Shown here in pieces: positions 1-10,500 of a stretch of 25,929 nucleotides of DNA. Every line of letters begins with the position of its first letter. Position 1 is the stretch's first letter. The notes beneath the pieces are model-generated. The model worked only from the letters and a program-made list of their open reading frames with translations, did no database searches and was not told where the DNA came from. The position numbers and the translations under genes were made by a program. This stretch comes from Bacilli bacterium (GTDB taxonomy: Bacteria; Bacillota_I; Bacilli_A; RFN20; CAG-826): the NCBI GenBank assembly GCA_017551465.1, contig JAFZLN010000076.1, positions 1-25,929 of the forward strand. The letters are read 5' to 3'.

Positions 1-107
1 CTTTCATATTCAAGCGTTGGTCCGCATGAATATTGTAAGGAGATTTTATTTATTGGGCAAAACTATAAGTTTTACCTCCACCCCAGACTATCTGGGGGTT
101 TTAACTC
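1..107 (-). mobile_element. Putative left end / tnpA leader of an IS200/IS605-family element (transposase would lie beyond the left edge)
   Basis: The minus strand reads AAAACCCCCAGA-TAG-TCTGGGG (hairpin 81-97), AAAACT-TAT-AGTTTT (59-73), an anti-SD AAAATCTCCTT (37-47), then hairpin ATATTCA..TGAATAT (6-33). It ends in GAAAG at the window edge, where an AGGAG RBS would continue. IS200 elements are known to have subterminal hairpins and an RBS-sequestering stem. No transposase is visible, so the call is inferred. Confidence 0.4.
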
Positions 108-133
108 GCTCATCGTTCGCACGATGGCTCAGA

Positions 134-174
134 CAATAAAAGGCAAGCGTTTACACGGCTTGCCTTGTTTTATT
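134..174 (-). terminator. Intrinsic terminator after the 4-TM protein gene (possibly bidirectional)
   Basis: Perfect 9-bp stem AAGGCAAGC (140-148)/GCTTGCCTT (158-166), flanked by AATAAA and GTTTTATT, about 10 bp past the stop at 185. Confidence 0.75.
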
Positions 175-184
175 AATATACGAA

Positions 185-1555
185 TTATTTTGCTTTCACT
201 TTTTCAGCGTTATGCTTTCTTAATTCATCAACCCAGTTGGTATCCTTGACTTCTTTTTGTTCAAGACCATCTTTTTCACAGGCCGCTTTGATGAGTTCTT
301 TACATCTTCTAACAGATAATTTAGATCTGACTTTAAAGAGTAATGGCATACCTGCGTAATTTGGTCTATGACCAACATCTTCAATTGGGTAGGTAGAATC
401 TTTATAATCTTCTGGACTTAAAGCGAAATAGACTTTCAATGTTTTACCAACAAGATAGATTTTCGCGTATTCTTTACCGCCTAAACGGAATGTATCACCA
501 CCACGAGATAAACGTGATTTAACACCATATGAGAGTAATTCATTCTTAATCTCATTGTAGTTAGCTTTAGTGTCTAAATCCGCGGTAATAATACGGACTA
601 AGAATGGTTGGCGTTTATTTCTATTCCAGCCTTCTTCTTCCTCGTTAGCAGGTTCCACTATCTTTTCTTCTTTTGGAAGAGGCTTTGGATTATCTAATTG
701 TGGCCAGACTTCTCTTGCAACATCCCAGAACTTAACAGTAGGAACTAGAACTGGTTTAGGTTGTTCTTTAATAACTTTCTTAACAGGTTCTGGTTTTACT
801 TCTGGAGCGGGTTCTTCCACTACGACTGGCTCTGGTTCCACTACTGGTTCTGGTTCTTTAACAACCTTTGGTTCTTCTTGTGGTTTTTCATTACCCACAA
901 TAATGACCTTAAATGGTTGGTTCTTAATGAGTTCATCTCTAACGATATCTCTAATACGACTATCATCATATACATATTCTTCTTCGAATAATTCTTTTCT
1001 AGCGCCATTACCTGGCTTTAAGAAAGAATCAACGATAGACCAGAAATACGCTAAGACTGCGAGTAAGAAGAATAACGCACCAAATAATAGCATCACTAAG
1101 GTGACCGCTAATAAAGCGCCATTACCTTTAAATGAATCCACACCATTAATGATGTGCCAATACTTTTGAGCGCCAACAGCGAATAATGCATAAACGCCTA
1201 AATTAATGAATGTTAGAACAATGCCCCACCAAATGACTTTACGTTCTTTTCTATCCATGACAATGATGCCAGCGATAAGGAAGATAATCCAGCAAAGCAC
1301 TAGAGCATAGAAGAAGATAGATAAGGCAAAATGCACTATTACGTTACTGCCTTCTGGGCATCTAAAGATAATTAAATCTAACATGCCGTGTAAGTAATAC
1401 ATAATAATGGCTTTAAAACCACCTAATTCACTATCTCCTGATGTTCTCGCTAATACAGCGAATAACGCAAGGAAGACAAGATAGAGAACTGCCACAATAG
1501 CTGTGACAACAAGAAGTACTTTAAGACCTCTACTCATAAGTTTTTTCTTTTCCAT
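185..1555 (-). CDS. Membrane protein: about 4 N-terminal TM helices, Glu/Pro/Val/Lys-rich linker, basic ~120-aa C-terminal domain of unknown function
   Basis: The ORF track gives 185..1561. RBS AAAGGA (1565-1570) is 9 nt from the ATG at 1555 but only 3 nt from the ATG at 1561, so 1555 is preferred. Hydrophobic segments lie at about aa 13-37, 75-100, 110-130 and 150-176. The linker reads EEPKVVKEPEPVVEPEPVVVEEPAPEVKPEP. The C-terminal domain reads YNEIKNELLSYGVKSRLSRGGDTFR..YAKIYLVGKTLKVYFAL. Confidence 0.9.
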   Translation of the reverse strand: MEKKKLMSRGLKVLLVVTAIVAVLYLVFLALFAVLARTSGDSELGGFKAIIMYYLHGMLDLIIFRCPEGSNVIVHFALSIFFYALVLCWIIFLIAGIIVMDRKERKVIWWGIVLTFINLGVYALFAVGAQKYWHIINGVDSFKGNGALLAVTLVMLLFGALFFLLAVLAYFWSIVDSFLKPGNGARKELFEEEYVYDDSRIRDIVRDELIKNQPFKVIIVGNEKPQEEPKVVKEPEPVVEPEPVVVEEPAPEVKPEPVKKVIKEQPKPVLVPTVKFWDVAREVWPQLDNPKPLPKEEKIVEPANEEEEGWNRNKRQPFLVRIITADLDTKANYNEIKNELLSYGVKSRLSRGGDTFRLGGKEYAKIYLVGKTLKVYFALSPEDYKDSTYPIEDVGHRPNYAGMPLLFKVRSKLSVRRCKELIKAACEKDGLEQKEVKDTNWVDELRKHNAEKVKAK

Positions 1556-1574
1556 AATCATTAATCCTTTCTAA

Positions 1575-4500
1575 TTATGCTTGTGGAGCAAGTGTTCCAT
1601 CATATTTTTGTAGATACGCAATTCCATCGCTGAAGACAATTGTGGCGCCTTTGAAATAATTCTTATCATAGCCTTGTAAATTGTCATAGAACTTGCTTGT
1701 CCATTCAGATGCATTGGCACTGGCTGAAATATAGTAAATCTTATTTATTGAATGACAATTTTCAAAAACATCTTCTCCAAACGTAATTGATGCTGTTGAT
1801 TTAATATTCAATGTTTTTAGGCCAACACAATTTGAGAACGCTTCATTTTTGATGTTATTGACGCCAGCGCCGATTTCAGCATAGCTTAGAGATGTGCAAT
1901 AAGCAAACGCCTCTTCGCCAATGGAAGTAATATTAGCGGAATTGCTCATATAAACATATTGTAAAGAAGTACACTCACGGAAGGCTTTATCAGAGATATC
2001 GCAGTCTAGATTTCTTAAATCAATATATGGAAGTGATCTACACTCCGCAAACGACTCGGCCCCTAATGATTTAATAGTTATTAAAGAAAGATGGATAAAC
2101 AGATCATCTAGTGAGTAACATCCTTGGAAGGCATGTTCACCAATAGAGAGATTAATACTAGAATTTGCATTAATATTTACTCTCTTTAAAGTGGTGCACT
2201 CATTAAAGGCCCAATCACCGATATTTGTAGTGCCTATTAGCGCCATTTCTTCCATTTTTACGCAATAAGCGAAGGCGCCTTCTTCAACCACATTGACATC
2301 TAGCAAATACAAACTTGTGATACCGGTATTATAGAAAGCCCATTTTCCAATTGTTACGCCAGTTAATTCAAGATCAATCTTAAGAGCAAAGCATTCTTCA
2401 AATGCAGAGTCGCCAATAGAATTGAGGGAGGTTGGCATATTAATGCTCTTAAGGTTTTCACAACCTGCAAAAGCACCATTGCCAATAGTTTCAACCGAAT
2501 CAGGAAGAATGACTTCTTTAATATATTCGCAGTTAGCAAATGTTCCTGCTTTGATTTCAGTAATATTTCCAATAATTTCTACTGTTTCAAAGCTTTCTGG
2601 AATGCCAACCAGATTGGTAAATGCTGAGAACCAGTAACCAAATCTTGTGAATTGATCTAAGAGGTTACTTTCAAGTTCCCAAACACCAGCATTTTTACGA
2701 TAGAAATCACCAGTAGCGATATTAATGTATTGATCACCATCATCGCCATTAGCGTTGTCGGGGGCAACATCACCGGTTGTAACATTGCCAAAGGCATTTT
2801 CAACATGCCATGTGTCATTATATTTTCTGTAGAGAATATTCTCATCAGTGCGATAGTAAAGATCGCCATTATTACCATATGTATGGGAAGTAATTCCATA
2901 GAAATCACCAGTATCCATATCGACATAAGGTGTTTGATACCAAGTGCTGCTATCGATATAAGCACCATATGTGTTAGGATCGCCATTACCATATTGAACA
3001 TCATTGTAACTAGATCCGACTGCAAAGCCTGTATTTGTGGTACCAACATACCAATAGCCATTTTCTTTATGTGGAATAACGTAACCAGTATCTCCGGTAT
3101 ATTCTTCCCAAGTATATACCCAGCATCCCCATTCACTAAGGTAGTCTTGCACTTCTGTACATCTGGAGGCCTCACCACTATACGGATTGATGTAAATATC
3201 ACCCACTGAATATTCAGGTGTTGAATCATAAGATTCATAATTAACATAGCCAAGTTTAACGGTTGTACTTGGATTAGTCTTGATATTGGCGATTGGTGTT
3301 AAGTCCCATTCATAAATAATGCCCAATTCTTCTGTACCACCAGAAATGCCATTAACAGTGCCACCACCAATATATGGAACAATAACTTTCTTTAATGAAG
3401 TACATCCAGAGAAGATGTTTGAAGCCATAGAAACAGGATTGCCAGTAAATCTAATGGTTTCAATATTGTTACAATTTGCAAACGCCATATAGCCAACAGC
3501 ACCATCACCAGTTACAACAACTGTTTTTAACGATGTTGGAACGCAAGGATTGCTCGCTTCTTCACTAGGTTCATCGGAACCGAACAAACTACCAAAATAG
3601 TAATTTGGATAATTAGTGTCTAGATCGAAGCCAATTGTAGGAATAGTCACCGATTCTAATTCGTTGCAGCCATAGAACACGCTCTCTGAAATAGCGGCGG
3701 AGCTAGGTAAGACGATTGCTTTAATTGAACAATTTGCAAAGGCATAATTACCAATGGATTTGATGCCTTCTTGTAGATAGACATACTTAAGTCTTGAGCA
3801 ATCAGCAAAAGCGCCTCGACCAATTTCTAAATTGTCATTTGCTTTAAGAGTAAGTGATGTAAAAGCTGTATTTTGGAAAGCGTATTCACCAATATGATGC
3901 AACTTATTCCAAGAGCCATTAAATGGGAAAGAACTTAAATTAATACAATTTTCAAAGGCATGATCACCTATGGATTCAAGATTATCGCCATATATTCTGA
4001 ATTCGATAAATGATGTACAGCCATAGAATGCATAATCACCAAATGATTTCATGTGATGATCCATATATACATCTGTTAATGAAACGCATCCATAGAAACA
4101 ATAATCAGGAACATATTCCCAGCCATCAGAGCTGGAATGTGAAACATAGAAGTAAGTCAAATTTACACATCCGCTACATAGGTATTTTCCATAATAAGCA
4201 CATCTAGGTAAATTAACACTCCTTAATTTAGGACAAGATCTAAAAGCTTCATCGCCAATACTAGTACAGTCATTACCCCTGACTGAAACAGTTTCTAATG
4301 ATTTCAAGCCATTGAAAGCACCATTTCTAACTGTGTGGACATCTTCCAATGAAATATTTCTTATATTGTTTGCTGCGTCATTACCCAATAACTCAGAAAG
4401 GTAGTAAGGATTGTCATCCACTGTTTCTCCAAGATATGGCAAGACAAGAGATTCAATACTAGTGCAACCATCAAAGGCATATCTACCGAGCTTTGCAAGT

Positions 4501-7500
4501 CTATTGGAACGATTTCCAAGATCAATTGCTTTAAGTGAAACGCAACCACGGAATGCACTTTGTTCAATTGAACGAACGGTACTATTTCCAAAGTTGAAAT
4601 ATACATAAGATAGCGATTTACAACCTTCGAAGGCATTTTGATCGATAAGGGTGAAACTATTAAAGTTAAGTGATGTAAGCCCTCTACAGTTATAGAACGA
4701 ATAACGGCCAAATGTTTGAACGCTACTGACGTCAATTGTCGCTAGTGCATAACAGTTGGAGAAAGCGTATTGACCAATATTCTTAATGCCATAAGAAAGT
4801 TTGACATTAGATAAGAAACTGCAATCCCAAAACATATAATCACCTAAAGTGGTTAACGAACTGCAATTCCCGAGATCAACATACATTAATGCACTACAAC
4901 GATAGAAAGCGTATTCATCAACTGTTGTTAACGTACTTGGCAAGGTAATTGCCTGCAAGGCACTGCAATTATAGAAAGCGTATCTGCCAATGCTCAAAAG
5001 GCCATTTTCAAAATTGATTGAGGTTAAGCTATTACAGCTATCGAAAGCGTATTCTCCAATCGAAGTAATATTGCTGGAAATAGTAACGTTATTAAGTTTG
5101 TAACAGCTCCTGAAGGAATAGTTGCTAATAGTAGTAAGATTTTCACTTAATTTGACGTATGTAAGATTCGAGCAATAATTGAAAGCATAGGTACCCAATG
5201 TGGTAACACTGTTAGGTATAACAAATGTTTCTAACGAAGTATTGCTTTGGAAGGCACTATTACCAATGGTTGTAATATTTTCAGGAAGAACATAATTCTT
5301 CACGCCTGAAATTCCTGAGAAAGCGTAATCAGGAATCACATCACGGTTCGTGCCATTAGCACCCATAAGGATAATTGTTTCAATCGTGCTTGATACATTA
5401 CCGTAAAAAATATACTGCAAACGACCATAACTGCCTGTATCATCGGCGCTTCTTCCAATAAATGGAAGTTTGATGGTCTTTAAAGCATAAGTGTTAGCGA
5501 ACGCTCTATTACCGATTTGTGAAGGATTACCAGAAATGAGAATTGTTTCAATGTTTTGACAGTTATTGAAAGCATATTCTCCAAGATCAGTATTACCAGT
5601 CACTTCCACTGTTTTTAGTGATGCTGGAATATATGTATTATTTCCTGAATAACTAGTAGCCCCAAAGATATGGCCTAAATATGCATATTCATTTGAAGTA
5701 GCGTTGCTACCAACAAATGGCACTGTAATAGATTTAAGGCTTGAACAACTTTGGAAACAACCGATTTGTAATTCAGTCACTGAGCTTGGAATAATAATTG
5801 ATTCTAAGCTTGTACAGTTAGCGAACGCTTGTTTATAGATTGTTTCAACATGTGAATTGTCTTGGAAGACAACATACTTCAACAAAGTACAATCCATAAA
5901 GGCGTTATCAAAGATATAGACAACACCATCAGGAATAACGATTGATGTTAAGCTTAAGCAGCCTTTGAAAGAGTCTCTACCAAAGCTTTCTAGGATAGCG
6001 TTATTTTCAAATGTGACTGTCTTTAAAGATGTACAACCTTTGAAGGCATTATCATCAATTGTGTAGACATCTTTTGGAAGGCTGATGTGTTCAATATCAG
6101 CGCAGCCCATAAATGAGTCTTCTTGAATGAAATAACGGTCATATGTTTGATTATATGAACCTTTAGTAATCACCACTGTTTTGAGATTGCTTAAAGTATC
6201 GTTATTGAATGTAGAGAAGGTACTATTACCACTAGGACTGACAAAGATATAGGCAAATTTTGCAAATAAGATATCGAGATTGCCAATCTTATGCCAAACG
6301 CCTGGAGTAACTGGATCTATTTCATAGAAATCAAAGTTATCTAAATCAGCATAGAAACTATTGCCTGAAGATGAGTCTGGCGCACCATGACCATAAGTAA
6401 TATCGCCTGGTTCGGTTTCGCCATCATGGACGAACACTAATTGGCTATACCACTTGCCATCAATCTTTCGCCAAATTTTCTTGTTTGTGGTGTCCACAAG
6501 AAGGTCGTTGTTATTACCAACCGAATTATCAGGAGCACCACCGATAGCGATATTATCATCCGCTAACATATCGCCCATCCATGAATAGGAAGCACCAGCC
6601 CATGGAAGAGAGATGGATTCTAATGATGAACAACCATAGAAGACACCTCTACCTACATCAGTAAGGCTATTTGGAAGAGTAATAGATGTTAATGATACGC
6701 AATCTTGGAAAGCATATTCGTGAATAACTTTAATGCCTTCTTCGAAGAATGCATATTTCAAGGAAGTACAACCATTAAAGGCATTAAGATCAATTCTTTG
6801 AATGTTGCTTGGAACAACAATAGATTCTAACGATGTACAGCCATAGAACATTTGTTGACTAATTGTGTCCATGTTGTTAGAGAATCTAACTGATGTTAAA
6901 GCGGTACATTCTTGGAAAGCACAAATATCAACGGATGTGACTGAATCTGGGAGATAGATACTCTTGAGAGAAACATCATTAAAGAAACATTCTCTGCCAA
7001 TTGTGGTTAAACCTTCTGGTAAGTAAATTGTTTCTAATGATTCGCAGTTTGAGAATGAAGAATAACCAATTGTTTTCACATTACTTGGAATCACAAAGTT
7101 CACTAATGAAGAACAATATGAGAAAGCACTCATATTAATCGCAGTGATAGTTGTAGGTAATGAGATATTCTTTAAGGAATAGCATTCTTTAAATGCAGCT
7201 AAGCCAATAGAAGAGGCCATACCATTAACCACGATTGTTTCAACACTAACGCACTTATTAAAAGCGTTTGAAACAATGTAATTTGCATTGTTAATAATAA
7301 TAGTCTTTAAGGAATATGGAACGTATGTGCGGTTGTCAAGATAAGTTGCTGTTCCAAAGACATAACCAATGTAGTTATAGTTGTTATTGTTGCCATTATC
7401 TTTACCAATGAATGGAAGTGAGATGTTTTCTAATGTGCTAGCGCAGTTAATGAGCATTTCACCAGTATTGGTATTGATATACACAAGATTCATGCTATTA

Positions 7501-10500
7501 GCTTGAGCATCCGCTGGGGTTGGGTTAGCTGTGCCACTAGCAAAGCCATAGTGAATTTTATCTTTTAATTTCCAATCATTGCCAGTGCCATAACGGACAT
7601 AAACATAACCAGAGTGATCAGTATCTGTACATACGAAGATATCACCATCATTACCTGATGTTGTTCTATTATCGAATGTATTCACAACGATTGATGTGGC
7701 ATCTGGAGAATATGAATGTTTTAAGTTACCATAGTGAGTCCATGCCTTATCCGCTTCAAAAGCACCTTTACCAATGGAAGAAACACTATTTGGAACGCTT
7801 ATTGCCTTTAAGTTTGAGCAATGGGCAAATGCATAATTACCAATTGTTTCTAGTTTTTTATTGAAATAAACATAGGCTAAATTAGAGCAGTCTTCGAACG
7901 CATTAGCATCAATATCAGTTAATTCACTTGGTAATGTAATAGCGGTTAGGCTAGAACATCCTTTAAATGTCTTCTCACTAATTTTGGTAATTGTGTTAGG
8001 CAAAATAACTGTTTTTAAATGTTTGAAATTTTCAAAGACACCTGTGATTTCACCACTAGCGTTATTCTTGAATTCATAGAAAGGTGTTAACGCGGCATCT
8101 GTTTCATCAGATGGGGCTAATAAATCTCTACCTAAATCAACGTATTCTAAGTTATTACAACCAAAGAATGGATTCCAGTATGATGATAGCCATTCCCCAC
8201 CAGCGTAGCCAAATGAAGAAATCGCACATTCAAATTTGACATATTTTAAGTTTGAACAACTTCTAAATGCCCCACTTTCAACAATCTTATCAGCGCCATC
8301 TAAAACTAATACACTTGTTAATTTATTACAGTATGAGAATGAGTCCGCACCAATTCTTGTCACAGTAGAAGGAATAACAATATTCTTTAATCCACTATGC
8401 GTAAATGCATACCAGCCAATAGTTCTTAATCCTTCTGGAAGAACGATATATTCCAAGGCGGAGCAATTATCAAAGGCAAAACTGTCTATAGCGGTTAGAT
8501 TAGCAGGTAATCCAACATAACTGAGACTTGTACAATATGAGAACACATATTGACCAATATAATTGATAGTGTTTGGAAGAGTAATGGATGTTAATGCTTC
8601 GCAGTGATTAAACGCTTCACGTTCAATACGAGTAATGTTATCTGGAAGAGTAATAGATACTAAGGCTTTACAATTACTGAATGCACTTTGTGTAATGATA
8701 TTTCCATCCACACCATTACCGCCTGTGAGTGTAATCTTTTCAATATATTTTTGATAACCACCAAAGATAGCACCTAATTCTTGTTGCCCTTGAGTTCTAC
8801 CCATGCCAACAAATGGAATTGTTAAGTTTCTAATTATTGCGTGATCGAAAGCATCTTCGGCGATATTGGTAACGCTTTCAGGCACCACGAATGAATCTAA
8901 TTCAACAGCTGCGAAAGCGTACTTATAAATTCTCTTAATTTTATTAGGAATGATGATTGTTTGAATACTTGCTAATCCACCGAAAGCACCTGTAGTAATT
9001 TCATCACCATTTGCGCCATTACCGCCAGTTAAAATGATGGTCTCAAGACTTGCTGGAACATAGCTTACTTGAGAATTATAGTCAGGAGCGCCAAAAACAT
9101 ATCCAAAATATGTAGTGGTCACACCAGTTGGTGTTGCAAGTAAGCCCATTTGATCAAGTTCATTTATTCTAGCCACTACAGCCCATGATGAACCGTTATA
9201 GCCATACATTTCACCAGTGAGATAGTCGATATAAACATCATTATTACTGCTTGGAGTAATTGTTGGTGCGCCAGCATCAACATAGACAGTATCGCTAGTG
9301 ATACTAGACCAAACGATTTTGCATTCCCATGCACCATTGAGATATTGCCACACATTTGTGGTATCAAGATCTAAATAAACATTAGAGGCGTTATAATCTG
9401 CAGCAGGTTCGCCATGTCCATATGAATAAGTTAGTGAGGTATCTAAATCATAAGAGGCACCACCAACATAAGGAAGGGTGATTGTTCTTAAAGAGGAACA
9501 GCCTTGGAAAGCACCAGCGCCAATAGATGATGGTTTTCCTGAAACAACAATGTTTTCAACATGGGTGCAGCCATTTAATGCATTTTCTGGAATGGCGGTA
9601 TTACCATTTAACACAACTGTTTTTAATGAAGCAGGTAAGCTGTCATTGTTAACGCCAAATAAAGCACCAATTGAACAGTGAGTGGATGGAAGAGCAGCAA
9701 AAATACCTGGTACACCAATTGCTGGGTAAGTCATAAAGTTAAAATATAAGGCATATGAACTTCCTGTCCATGCATATATATCGCCATTCAATCTATTGAT
9801 GTAACCATCTTCATCGGTATGATCACCATTATTTGGAGCGCCATCTCCAATGCCAAATTTAATAGCGCTTGGAGACCACATATCAAACACTACAGACCAA
9901 GGGTCACTTGGATTTGTACGAACCCAAAGCTTGTAAGTATCTTCATCTAAATAAACGGTGGATCCATTGTAGCTATCATCTGGTTTACCATGACCAGTGG
10001 ACCATGTCGCAGTAATGGAAGAACCTGTATCATTTGGAATATATGGAAGAGCTAATGATTCAAGAGCGTTACAGCCTTTGAAAGCATTATCGCCAATAGA
10101 GGTCACACTGCTTGGAATCACAAGGTTCTTTAAAGATGAACAATCTTCAAAAGCGGATTCACCAATGGTCTTAAGACCACCATTGGCTCTGTTAGCGCCA
10201 CCAGTATAAACGTATGTAAGGTTAGAACAGCCTTTAAAGGCGTTATCACCGATTGTTTCCACACTAGATGGAATAATTATAGATGTTAAGGAAGTACAGC
10301 CCTCAAACGCGCTGTTTCCGATAGAAGTTACTGTGGATGGAAGTGAAACTGATGTAATAGCGGTGTTGTCTTTGAAGACATTGTCACCAATCGCGGTAAT
10401 AAATTGTCCATCAAAGAAATCTGGAATGACTACATCACCTGTCGCGGTGCATTCTACTAAAACACCATTTTCAACTTTGAATTTGGCCCAGTGAGCATAT

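Noticed and set aside
53-139. 28-aa plus-strand ORF (TTG start, AAGGAG 10 nt upstream)
   Set aside because: The apparent SD is the complement of the minus-strand anti-SD, the ORF runs through several hairpins, and the peptide has no recognisable features.
570-1169. Antisense ORFs of 199 aa (570-1169) and 76 aa (761-991)
   Set aside because: They mirror the low-complexity Glu/Pro/Val linker of the minus-strand gene, which avoids stops on the opposite strand.
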